Assembly: GCA_965223005.1 (NCBI GenBank)
Contig: CBDCVK010000008.1
Coordinates: 1-64,000 of the forward strand
DNA from: Terriglobia bacterium
GTDB lineage: Bacteria; Acidobacteriota; Terriglobia; JAJPHL01; JAPKYU01
Length of the DNA: 64,000 nucleotides
Reading direction: 5' to 3'
The translations under genes and the position numbers were made by a program. Below, piece by piece: positions 20,165 to 29,921 of the stretch. Every line of letters begins with the position of its first letter. Within the stretch, counting starts at the first letter, position 1. Below the pieces are notes generated by a model that was not told where the DNA came from, ran no database searches, and saw only the letters and a program-made list of their open reading frames with translations.

Positions 20165-21547
20165 CTAGGAACCAAAGACTGCCAAACAGAAGCACGGTCG
20201 TGGGCACACCTATTTCGGCAGCGAATTGCAGGTAGTCATTGTGGGCATACACGTAGCGTAGCTCGAACAGGCTTGACTGGTAGGGAACGGTAGCCCACTG
20301 GTAAGCTCCCAGACCGGCCCCTAGCAGTGGATAGTCGCGAATCAGCACGAGCGTGTCGCGCCAGACCGGCAGACGGTACTCTTCCAGGCCTACCGGGAGT
20401 CCTGCTTCGAAACGTTCCAGAACCGGCGCCACCCCGATCCAGATGGCATAAGTGGCGGGAAGCGCCAGAACGAGAAGGATCAGAGGAAGTGCGGCTCGGC
20501 GGGTGTTCTGTAGGAGAGCGATCATTACCACAACCGCGACACCTACCAGCGCCGCCGCAATCCCCATCCGAGAGCGCGAGAAGATGAGTGCGACGCAAAC
20601 GACCGCAAACACAATGACGTCTCGTAAGGAACGAGAAGCGGCCGGGGAGAGCAGGACCTGCACCCACCTGGGGCGGCCAGGAGTACCCGGCGCCGGCAAA
20701 CGAAACAGAATTCCCGCCAGCACAAATGGCAGCACCATTTCCAGGAGGCCAGCGAGATGGTTGCGGTTGATATAGGTCCCTGTAGCATCCGAGGCATGGA
20801 GCCGCTTGGCATAGGTAAAGATGTACTGCCAGCCCGTCAGATACTGGATAATCCCATAGGCTGCCTCCAAACAGCCAACCACAATGAGTACGGCAACGAG
20901 GGCGGGCTGCCGCCTTCGGTGGATACATACATAGAAGGCCAGCAGGAATACCAGACCGTAGCACACCAGATTGAGCGTCGCCGCGCTCGTGGCGTATGGG
21001 TTGACTGAAAGTGTGAGGAACTTGGAGGGACTCACAACCGGCGACAAGACGTCGCGCGCGATCGCCACCCGGGCAGGAGAAAGGGCAGCCACAATTTCCT
21101 CCCACAGGGGCAGCATTTGCACCAGCGGAATCACCAGCAAGATACCGAGAACAGCTAGAGCGGCTCGCGGAACCGCCGGCCATCCGAATCTCCACAGGGT
21201 AAATATGCCCAGCGCGCAGATGCTGGTTTGCATGATGAAAATCGCCAGGGAGTACCTGCCGCCGAAGGCCAGGACGGTGAAGATCGCCACCAACGCCAAG
21301 CCAAGGCTGATTTCCCCCACCCCGGTTGGTGCTTGCCAGCTGAGGCTCCTGCCCTGAGTTTCGCGTCCGGCCGACATTCTCAGCCTGCTCTTTCCTTTGG
21401 GCTTCGTAGGGCCCACACGACTTCTGTCAAGGAGCTGGCTACGCAGTTGGACCGGGGCGGCAACACAATGGCGCCACAGCCAGAGGGCGATTTTCTAAGA
21501 ATCAATGGAAGACTTTGCGGCGAGAGTCGACAGGATTCACAAGCGTA

Positions 21548-23869
21548 CTAGGATTGTACTGACTCTCCCTGCTGCTCGTTTTCGCGGCCGTAAGAGCCGT
21601 ATCCGTACCCTCTGTAATGGCGATAATAGTAATCGTAGCCAAACGTGGAAAAATCTACGTTGTTCAGTGCCACTCCGATGACATTCGCGTTCACCTGAAG
21701 CAACTGCATCTTGGCGTGGTTGACCAGTTCGCGCGGTGTCACGCCCCCGTGGGCGACCAGAATGACCGCCTCCACTTGCGCTGCCAGGATGCGGGCGTCG
21801 GCAACGTGGAGCACGGGCGGGGAATCGAGCAGCAAGTAATGAAATTTCTCATGCGTTCCGTTCAGCAGCTCCTTCAACTGGCTGGAGGAGAGCAGTTCGG
21901 CAGGATTAGGCGGAGAGGGCCCGCATGGGATGCCATAAAGGTTCGGGATGCTGGTGGCCACAATTGCCTCGTCCAGTGAGGACTGGCCCGTCAGATAGGT
22001 GGAAAGCCCGGCCAAGGACGGTTTCAGCTTCAGCAAGTTGGCAATACGTGGCTTGCGCATGTCTGAGTCCACCACCAGCACCCGGCTGCCCAGCTGTGCC
22101 AGCGTAATTGCCAAGTTTACGACCGTGGTGGTCTTTCCCTCCCCGGGCTGCGCACTGGTGATGAGGACGACGCGGGGCGGCCGGCCGGAAGTTGACAACA
22201 GCATGGAGGTCCGCAGTGAGCGATAGACTTCCGACAGAGGTGAATTGCTGTCGGTTCCAATCAACTCTAGATGGAGACTGGCCCTATTGCTCGCCAGGGC
22301 GGTGGCGGGCTTGGGCAACTGCTTCCGTGTGCCATAGCCGTATCCGTAGGGGAGCTTCCCCTGGCCGTTGGCGGCAGCCGAAGGGATCACCCCTAGGGCT
22401 GGCAGGCGTAGGAAGCGTTGGACGTCGTTGGGCGTCTTCAAGGTATTGTCCAGGTATTCTTGGAACAAGGCCAGTCCGATGCCCAACCCCAGGCCCAGGA
22501 AGAGCCCCAGCGCCAGATTCAGCAGCTTGCGCGGTCGGGCCGGTTGCAACGGGACCTCGGCTGTGTCGACCACGCGGACATTGCTGGCCCGCAGTCCAGC
22601 CGAAACTCCAGCTTCTTTCAGGCGCTGCAGCAAACCGTCATAGAGCTGCTTGTTGGTGTCCACCTCACGTTTCAAGATGTTGTACTGGATAGACTTTTCC
22701 GCAATTTGGTTGAACTGCCGCGTTTCCCGCGCCACGACTTGCTCCAGCAACCGCTCCCGGTGGACCGCCGCCAGGTAGTTATCTCGAACCCGCCGGGTCA
22801 GAGCCATCCGCTCGTTTTCCAACGACCGTTCCAGTTCGTCGATTTGGAACTGCAGCCGCTTGACCTTGGGGTATTCCGGAGTAAAGGTCGCGCTCAGTTC
22901 CGAGTGCTGCCGCTTCAGCTCGGCACACCTCACGCTCAGCTCCTGGTAGAGTCGGTTCTCCAGCATCCCTGGAATCGAGCTGTCCTCGCCCGTTCGGACC
23001 TGGTTGTACAAAGATTCTTCTTGGATGCGCTCGGCTTCGGACCGGGTATATTCCTCCTCCAACTGCTTCAATTTCTGCGCACTCATGCTCTGCTTTTCGT
23101 CGATGAACAGAATGGAATTCTCCTTGGCATAGCGCTGCAGCTCTTCCTCGGACTGTTCCAGCTTGCCCTGGAGCCCGACGAGCTGCTGAGAAAGCCACTC
23201 GGAAGCCTTCTGCGTGGCTTCCCATTTCACCTCCAGGTTCTGGTCAATGTAGTTGGAAGCCAGGGTGTTGACGATCCGGGCCGTCAGAACTGGATCGTAG
23301 GACTCAAACGAAATCTTCACTAAACGGCTGTTTCGCACCGGCTCTACCGCGAGCCGGTCCAGGAAGGTGCCGATCAATCCCGTGTGCGGGTCCGACTCCA
23401 CCCCTTCGGGGACAGACGACGGGCGCCAGCGTAGCACTCGTCGCAGCAGTGAGGGCTTTTCATCGAATTCGGCAACCTGGTCCAGATCCAGCTTCTCAAT
23501 GACCCGGCGGGCCAAAGTGCGGCTGCGCAGCACCTTGTAAGCGGTTTCCAGGTGGGATTCATCGTAGGGGTTGATATCGGCAACGAAGTCCTTGAAGTTG
23601 AGGATGTTCTGGCTTTCGCGGTCAATTTGCAACACCACTTCGGCCCGATAGACCGGCTGCTGCTTGAGCGTGCCGATCACGACCGTAACGACCAGCAACA
23701 ACATGACGCTGAGCACCGTCCAGCGACGCTTGCGCAGGATCCGCCAATATTCCAGCAAGGGGAGGGATTCTTCCTCTTCCTGCGGTACTGTGTAGGCGGG
23801 AACGGTAATCGTCGCCGGAACCTCGGAGGACCGCTTGGGAACCCTCTCCAGTGAATTTTCCTCGGACAT
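21548..23869 (-). CDS. wzc: Polysaccharide co-polymerase / tyrosine autokinase (Wzc/GumC family)
   Basis: Two TMs, coiled coil, Walker A GEGKTT, DSDMRKP, DSPP, C-terminal Tyr cluster. Confidence 0.93.
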   Translation of the reverse strand: MSEENSLERVPKRSSEVPATITVPAYTVPQEEEESLPLLEYWRILRKRRWTVLSVMLLLVVTVVIGTLKQQPVYRAEVVLQIDRESQNILNFKDFVADINPYDESHLETAYKVLRSRTLARRVIEKLDLDQVAEFDEKPSLLRRVLRWRPSSVPEGVESDPHTGLIGTFLDRLAVEPVRNSRLVKISFESYDPVLTARIVNTLASNYIDQNLEVKWEATQKASEWLSQQLVGLQGKLEQSEEELQRYAKENSILFIDEKQSMSAQKLKQLEEEYTRSEAERIQEESLYNQVRTGEDSSIPGMLENRLYQELSVRCAELKRQHSELSATFTPEYPKVKRLQFQIDELERSLENERMALTRRVRDNYLAAVHRERLLEQVVARETRQFNQIAEKSIQYNILKREVDTNKQLYDGLLQRLKEAGVSAGLRASNVRVVDTAEVPLQPARPRKLLNLALGLFLGLGLGIGLALFQEYLDNTLKTPNDVQRFLRLPALGVIPSAAANGQGKLPYGYGYGTRKQLPKPATALASNRASLHLELIGTDSNSPLSEVYRSLRTSMLLSTSGRPPRVVLITSAQPGEGKTTTVVNLAITLAQLGSRVLVVDSDMRKPRIANLLKLKPSLAGLSTYLTGQSSLDEAIVATSIPNLYGIPCGPSPPNPAELLSSSQLKELLNGTHEKFHYLLLDSPPVLHVADARILAAQVEAVILVAHGGVTPRELVNHAKMQLLQVNANVIGVALNNVDFSTFGYDYYYRHYRGYGYGSYGRENEQQGESVQS

Positions 23870-23884
23870 TAGATCTCTCAGCGA

Positions 23885-24949
23885 TTAATAGCGGCCCCAG
23901 ATGAGAATTCCTGTGGCCATGCTGATCGCCATTTCGATGCTGCGCAGGGCGGCTGCTTTGCCGACGCTCCCGGGAACAAATAAGATGTCATTGGCTCCCA
24001 GCATGAGGTCAGGGTCCTTTCCCTTCAGGATCCGTCCCAGGTCGATCTGTTGCTCGGTGCGATTTCCGTCGGCGTCCAGACGCATGATGGCCGTTTGACT
24101 GCGTTTGGCCGTCTTTGTCGGTCCACCTGCCATCGCTACCGCCTGAATGACGGAAATGTAGTCGAAGTCAGTCAGAGGGAAACCTCCAGGGCTCCTCACA
24201 GCTCCGGCGACGTACACTGTGCCCGCGGGAGGCACTTTGACCACGTCCCCAGGGTAGACGGGTACGTTCCATTTCGGGTCTCCGCTGTTCAGCAGCTCTT
24301 TCAGTGGGACCTCAACAATCTCCGCCTGCTCCACTCCGTCGCCGTCCCCAACAGTGCTGGCGGCGCTGTTCGGCGAAGTGCCAGCGGCCCTCTGGCGGCG
24401 AGGCCTGTGGGTAATCACCACGGTCCGGCCCGGATGACGACGGAGGCCTTCGGAAAGGCCTTGCGCCATGGCCAGAACTTCGAGCAGGTTCTTCTGCGTC
24501 CGAATGTAATACAGGCCCGGCATCTTCACTGCTCCCACCACCGAAACCGGGTCACTTCGGAATTCCTGCAGAAAAACAGTAACCTGCGGATCTTTGATGT
24601 AGGTCCTGCGTAGCAGCTCGCTCAGCACGCGCTCCAATTCTATGGGGCTCAGCCCGGCCGCTTTCACCCGACCTAGCAGCGGGAGAGAGAGCTCTCCAGA
24701 GGCCGAAACCCGCGCGGTGCGGCTCAGCTCCGGCACCTCGAAGACGGAGATGTTGATCAGATCCTCCGCCCCGATTCGGTAGTCCTGATGTGCCTGCCAA
24801 GCAGTCTCACGCTTGCTCGGAGTCGCCCCCAACAGGCGCTCATTGAATTCACGGACACTAGCGCCAGGCTCCTGGGGCGGTAGAGGCTGCTGAGCGGGGG
24901 AAGAAGTGAAGCCAAAAAGAACAAGAACTGCCAGCAGAGGCGGTTTCAT
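23885..24949 (-). CDS. Polysaccharide export protein (Wza-like, SLBB domains)
   Basis: YRIGAEDLINISVF..V..SG.LSLPLLG, DPQVTV; GGAGGAG RBS. Confidence 0.9.
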   Translation of the reverse strand: MKPPLLAVLVLFGFTSSPAQQPLPPQEPGASVREFNERLLGATPSKRETAWQAHQDYRIGAEDLINISVFEVPELSRTARVSASGELSLPLLGRVKAAGLSPIELERVLSELLRRTYIKDPQVTVFLQEFRSDPVSVVGAVKMPGLYYIRTQKNLLEVLAMAQGLSEGLRRHPGRTVVITHRPRRQRAAGTSPNSAASTVGDGDGVEQAEIVEVPLKELLNSGDPKWNVPVYPGDVVKVPPAGTVYVAGAVRSPGGFPLTDFDYISVIQAVAMAGGPTKTAKRSQTAIMRLDADGNRTEQQIDLGRILKGKDPDLMLGANDILFVPGSVGKAAALRSIEMAISMATGILIWGRY

Positions 24950-25540
24950 GCACTCCTCCAATGAACGAGCCCTAATGTGCTCAATATATACTCGCTCATT
25001 CTAATGGCCGCTCTGCGAATGCGCAAGCTTCGAGCTTCAAAAGGCGCCCACGCCGCAGACGCGGTTGATAGCCTACTTGGATAGAGTCGACGACGTATCG
25101 GCTTAGGTCAGCAACCGGACACTGTGCACCACACCCCTGAGCAGTACCTCGCACCAGGGTGGGTGATGCTAGCGGGGACCATCCGTGGGACTCTCGATCT
25201 CTCTCCGCTTGCCTATAATGCTGACCGTCAGTCCGCTCACCCCTCGGCCCCCTGGGGCAGTGCGGCATTAGATTGGCCGCTGCCGTAGATGGTGGCTGGG
25301 GCACCTTGCCAATCCGTATCATCCACGGCTCTCGTCCTGGAATCCCTACGGAAGTTCAATACATGGCAATGTTGTAAGCACAGAGAAGATCGACCAATAG
25401 CTTTTCAAGGCCCCGAAATACTTTTAGAGACACCCAGGACGCAGGCATAATTGCCGAAGGTGTAATGTGCTGGAGCCTCATGTGATTTGCAAGCGAAGGA
25501 TTGTAGGAAAGCGCAGACTCTTTCTCGCTTAGGTGCGTGA

Positions 25541-26521
25541 ATGCGTATTCTGGTGACGGGTGGGGCGGGTTACGTCGGAAGCCACACGACGAAGGTGTTG
25601 GCGCACTCCGGCTTCCAACCGGTCGTGCTGGATAACCTGGAGGCCGGGCATCGCTGGGCGGTGCGCTGGGGTCCGCTGGTGGTCGGGGACCTAGCCAATA
25701 CAAGCTTGCTTCAGGAGTTGTTGCAGGAATATCGCGTGGAAGCAGTGATTCACTTTGCTGCTCACGCGTACGTGTCCGAGTCGGTCGCCAACCCCCAAAA
25801 ATACTTTCGCAACAATGTCGCCAATACCCTGAACCTGCTCGAAGCCATGCTCGACAGTGGCGTCCGGCACATTGTCTTCTCCTCCAGCTGTGCGAGCTAC
25901 GGGCTTCCCGAATCCGTTCCCATACGCGAAGATCATCCACAGTGCCCGGTGAACCCTTACGGCGAATCCAAATTGTTTGTCGAGCGCGTGCTCGACTGGT
26001 TTGGCCAGGCTTACGGGCTGAGCTGGTTGTCGCTGCGCTACTTCAACGCGGCGGCGGCGGATCCGGAAGGGGAGATCGGCGAAGAGCATGAGCTCGAGAC
26101 GCACCTGATCCCGCTGGTGATCCAGGCCGCACTTGGCCAGCGGCCTTTTGTGGAGATTTACGGAACCGACTACCCAACCCCAGACGGAACCGCCATCCGC
26201 GATTACGTCCACGTGACGGACTTAGCCGAGGCCCACGTGCGGGGGTTACGCTATCTCGCAAACGGTGGCAGCAGCATGGCGCTGAACCTGGGCACGGGCA
26301 AAGGGCACTCCGTGCGAGAAGTGATTCAAGCAGTCGAGCGAGTCAGTGGGCGGCACTTCCCGGTGCGGGAAACCGGCCGACGTCCGGGCGACCCGCCGGC
26401 CCTGGTGGCCGATGCGAGCCGTGCCGCCCAGGTGCTAGGGTGGCGGCCCCGCTACCCCGAGTTGGATTCTCTTGTAGAACACGCCTGGCGCTGGCATGCG
26501 TCGCGGAATCGGCCCGGGTAG
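25541..26521 (+). CDS. galE: UDP-glucose 4-epimerase
   Basis: GGAGYVGSH, YGESK, LRYFNAA, DGTAIRDYVHV. Confidence 0.95.
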   Translation: MRILVTGGAGYVGSHTTKVLAHSGFQPVVLDNLEAGHRWAVRWGPLVVGDLANTSLLQELLQEYRVEAVIHFAAHAYVSESVANPQKYFRNNVANTLNLLEAMLDSGVRHIVFSSSCASYGLPESVPIREDHPQCPVNPYGESKLFVERVLDWFGQAYGLSWLSLRYFNAAAADPEGEIGEEHELETHLIPLVIQAALGQRPFVEIYGTDYPTPDGTAIRDYVHVTDLAEAHVRGLRYLANGGSSMALNLGTGKGHSVREVIQAVERVSGRHFPVRETGRRPGDPPALVADASRAAQVLGWRPRYPELDSLVEHAWRWHASRNRPG

Positions 26522-26581
26522 GGCGACGCGGTTGGTTCTGCTCTTGCCAGACCAGCGCCCGGATAAGTATGCTGATTGAGT

Positions 26582-27853
26582 ATGCGGTTTGTTTTGTTTG
26601 CCGGCATCCTGGGTTTCTTTCTAGCCGGACTGAACTATTACCTCTACTGTAAAGCGCGCCGCCTGGTGCTGCGCTGGCGCTCGGGTGATGCGGCAACCCG
26701 CTGGATCTGGGCAGTACGAAGCCTGTTCCTGTTGATGAACGCCCCATATCTGGTCCTGCTGATCCTTTGGATAGCGGGTGTGGGCCTGCATCATCTTTCC
26801 CAGCCAGCCCTGCGCTGGTTTATTTACCCCTTCTACGCCTGGGTGGCCATGCTGTTGGCCTTCCTGCTCCTTGCCTCCCCTGCTGAGCTGGTAGGCGGAA
26901 TCCTTCACGGGGTTCGCTTGCTGTTCCCGCGCAGCCAACCCGCCCCGGCGACCGTCGTGGCCCGGCGAAATTTTCTGGCTTCCGCCGCCGCCGTAATCCC
27001 GCCAGTGCTTCTTGCATTTTCCGCCAGAGCGGTCTATGGCTCCGAGGACCTGGAAGTCTCGCCACTGGTAAAGATCCCGGTGAGAAATTTGCCGCGGGCC
27101 TTTGATGGGCTGACTATCACCCAGCTTTCGGACCTGCATGCGGGCGCCTACATTCGCGAGCGGGAGCTGCGTCGCGCCATTGAGGAGGCCAACAATCTGC
27201 GCTCGGACCTGGTGGTCATCACCGGCGACATCCTGGATGCCAGCCTGGACCTGTTGCCTGTCGCGCAGCAGGAACTCAGCCGCCTGCGCGCCCCGCTGGG
27301 TATTTTTGGCATCCTGGGGAACCATGACTACTACGCCGACCGCCGCCGTCCGGCCTATCCGGGCTGTCTGCGCCTCATCGAGGGCATGGAAGCGGCGGGG
27401 GTGCGCATGCTCCGCAATCAGCGCGAGGGCCTCCGGCAGGGCGGTGAGGAGTTGTTGCTGCTAGGGCTGGACTGGACCGGCTTTCCACGCGGTAATCCCA
27501 ACCTCTACCTGAGTCGGATGGCGCGCGCGGCGCTGCGGCAGACGCTCGAGGGATACCAGGGCGAGGCGCCCCGCATTCTGCTGGTTCATCATCCGCACGT
27601 CTTTTACGAGGCGCCTGAATTCGGCATTTCGCTGACGCTCGCCGGGCACACCCACGGCGGCGGTCAGATCGTGATCGCCGAGCACAAGGGGCGCCCGCTG
27701 GCACTGGGGTCGGCCGTGTTCCGCTACATGAGCGGCCTCTACCGGGAAGGCCACCACTACCTGTACGTGAACCGCGGCGTGGGGTTTGTAGGCTTGCCGA
27801 TCCGTGTCCAGTGCCCGCCGGAGATCAGCCACTTCCAGCTTGTCCGCGCCTGA
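26582..27853 (+). CDS. Membrane-bound metallophosphoesterase (YkuE/YaeI-like)
   Basis: SDLH, TGD, GNHD, GHTHGG motifs after N-terminal TMs. Confidence 0.9.
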   Translation: MRFVLFAGILGFFLAGLNYYLYCKARRLVLRWRSGDAATRWIWAVRSLFLLMNAPYLVLLILWIAGVGLHHLSQPALRWFIYPFYAWVAMLLAFLLLASPAELVGGILHGVRLLFPRSQPAPATVVARRNFLASAAAVIPPVLLAFSARAVYGSEDLEVSPLVKIPVRNLPRAFDGLTITQLSDLHAGAYIRERELRRAIEEANNLRSDLVVITGDILDASLDLLPVAQQELSRLRAPLGIFGILGNHDYYADRRRPAYPGCLRLIEGMEAAGVRMLRNQREGLRQGGEELLLLGLDWTGFPRGNPNLYLSRMARAALRQTLEGYQGEAPRILLVHHPHVFYEAPEFGISLTLAGHTHGGGQIVIAEHKGRPLALGSAVFRYMSGLYREGHHYLYVNRGVGFVGLPIRVQCPPEISHFQLVRA

Positions 27854-27911
27854 CCGTAGCTGGATCTCTTTCGCACAAGCGACGGCGGTTTCGCGCGTTG
27901 CTCCTCTATGA

Positions 27912-29921
27912 TCAAGGGGCGGAGCGCTTCAGGACGGCGACGTTGCGTTCATCGGCAGCAACCCGCCGGAAGAACTTTTTCAGCTCATCCAGGCGCTCGC
28001 GGCCAACCAGTACATCCCTAATTTCGTAGCTGCGACGGTAACGCAGGACGTTGCCCTCGACCTCCACCTGGCTGCGGTATGCTCCCAGGGGAGAGTCAAT
28101 TTCCACGGCAGGGGGCAGCTCGTCTACCTCATAGCCCTCAGGCAGCGCAATCTCGTAGCTGTCACTCTCCAGAGTCGTGTTGGGGAATTCTACCGGATGC
28201 TTCCTTTCCTTGCCCTCCAGCAAGTCCCAGCCCTTTTGACCCAGGACGCATGGCCGGACCAGCAGCAAGTCCCCTGCTGCCTGGGCATAGTTGGTGGCCA
28301 CAAAACGGTAGCTGAGAACCAGGGTCTCGTCGAAATCTTCCAGATTTTCCACTTCGGCGCCTTGCAACGCAAAGCCGCCGAGGGAGTTGCTCAGGAAATT
28401 CTCCAACACGTTTCTGCGCTCGGAGAGCTGCGCTCCCAGCAAATGGGCGCGCCGCGACGCGGCGGGCGCGCCCCAGCGAACCTCCCGAACCGCGCCGTCC
28501 AACCTGCCGGTGGGGTTCAGTTCCATTTTAGCTATCCGCAGCAACCGATTAGTCGGGGGTGGCAGAAGTGGCAATTCCACCAGCTCGCCACCGTCCCCGG
28601 CGACCAGCAACCCATAGTTGGCCTGGAGTGTCGGGGGTAAATAGCCCAGCGGGGTGAGGCGGTCGGTCGGGTCGAAGAACAACATCCGCCCCAGCCGTTC
28701 ATGATTTTGCAGGGCGTATAAGTCGGGGGGCACATGCTCCGGCAATTGGATAGCCAAAATGACATGGTTGAAACTCAGCGCCGAGGGAAAGTGCGGCACT
28801 ACCACGCCCCGACTGCTGTGAACCAGTACGTAATGCGACTCAAACCCAATCTGGCGCAACATGGCGCTGAGCAAGGTGACTTTGTCCTTGCAATCCCCAT
28901 ACAGGTTGGCGAACACCTCCCGGGCCGCATGGGGCTGGTAGCCGCCAATCCCGATTTCAATGGCCACGTAACGGACCTGCCGTTGCACGAAGGCAGCCAA
29001 TGCCTTCAGCTTATCCAGCAGTGCGGGTTCTGCGGCCGTCAGTTCCGCCACTTTCTGTTGGATTTCCGGCGTGGCTCGTCGGCGGCCGGAAGCAAGCTGA
29101 CCGTACCACCGGCCAACGTCGCGCCAGCTCCCATGGCTCTTGACACGCAGGAATTCCTGTCGGGGAAAGAAGCTCACGGCCAACCACCCTGCCGTTGCCC
29201 GCCAGGGCGGCATGGAGGGTTCCCGCTCTATGGCGGGGATGTTTGCCACCTCCCAAACCCATCGGCGCTTGCCGGTGGCTTGTGGCTCAGCGGCCGGGTG
29301 GTTTATCCAGTGCGTTTGGAACTCCCAATCGGCAGGCAGCTCCAGCGCGAACCGCGCCTTTCGCACCGGGATTGAGGACTGAAACCGCCAGATCTCCTGC
29401 AATATCCAGGGGCGTCGCTTTTGCTCGTATTCGTAGCCGATCACGCTTCCTGGCTCGGCGGCTGGGATTGTCAGCACCTTATACCGCGTGTCTTGATAGA
29501 ACGTCGCGGTAAACAGGCTGGTTTCCACCGCGTCCTTTTCCTTGACTTCGTACTGTTTACCGCGGGCGGGTATGCTCCAGCCTTTGAGCCTGGAAAGGCG
29601 GGTTTCATTGTCGAAGTGCACCACTACCCTGCCGTAGGTTTTTCCTTCAGGCCGCAGGATTTTGTAAGCCCGCCGGTGCAGAGTCTTGAACTCGCCGGTT
29701 TTCTTAACGGTGGTCACCTGCTCATCCAGCAACATGACTGCTTTGGTGTCCTCCGGATAATTAGGCAGCGCCGCCCGGGCCAATGCCCGGAGCCAATCGG
29801 GAGTCCCGGCAGTAACAGGTGGAATCCACACCAACAGCGCGGCAGCCACGAGCAGCCCAGCGACGCTTCTAGTCCTGTGGGTCAGTTTCTGTGGCTTGCA
29901 ATACGACCTGTTGTTCATCAC
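27912..29921 (-). CDS. DUF3857 and transglutaminase-like domain protein (catalytic Cys present)
   Basis: GSVIGYEY, VRYVAIEIG, GDCKDK, FNHVI, FDPT. Confidence 0.88.
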   Translation of the reverse strand: MMNNRSYCKPQKLTHRTRSVAGLLVAAALLVWIPPVTAGTPDWLRALARAALPNYPEDTKAVMLLDEQVTTVKKTGEFKTLHRRAYKILRPEGKTYGRVVVHFDNETRLSRLKGWSIPARGKQYEVKEKDAVETSLFTATFYQDTRYKVLTIPAAEPGSVIGYEYEQKRRPWILQEIWRFQSSIPVRKARFALELPADWEFQTHWINHPAAEPQATGKRRWVWEVANIPAIEREPSMPPWRATAGWLAVSFFPRQEFLRVKSHGSWRDVGRWYGQLASGRRRATPEIQQKVAELTAAEPALLDKLKALAAFVQRQVRYVAIEIGIGGYQPHAAREVFANLYGDCKDKVTLLSAMLRQIGFESHYVLVHSSRGVVVPHFPSALSFNHVILAIQLPEHVPPDLYALQNHERLGRMLFFDPTDRLTPLGYLPPTLQANYGLLVAGDGGELVELPLLPPPTNRLLRIAKMELNPTGRLDGAVREVRWGAPAASRRAHLLGAQLSERRNVLENFLSNSLGGFALQGAEVENLEDFDETLVLSYRFVATNYAQAAGDLLLVRPCVLGQKGWDLLEGKERKHPVEFPNTTLESDSYEIALPEGYEVDELPPAVEIDSPLGAYRSQVEVEGNVLRYRRSYEIRDVLVGRERLDELKKFFRRVAADERNVAVLKRSAP

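Larger units (their letters stand above)
18622..21377 (-). pseudogene. O-antigen ligase/Wzy-like polymerase family gene interrupted by an IS
   Basis: GTYINRNHLAG, SRSRMG, AHNDYLQFAAEIG; removing the IS and one CTAG joins ..SLWFL to VVKVARR..IHSVTDFNLQIPAN in frame. Confidence 0.92.

Noticed and set aside
24960-25540. ORFs or ncRNA in the wza-galE intergenic region
   Set aside because: No recognisable motif, RBS-supported ORF or convincing structure; treated as divergent promoter space
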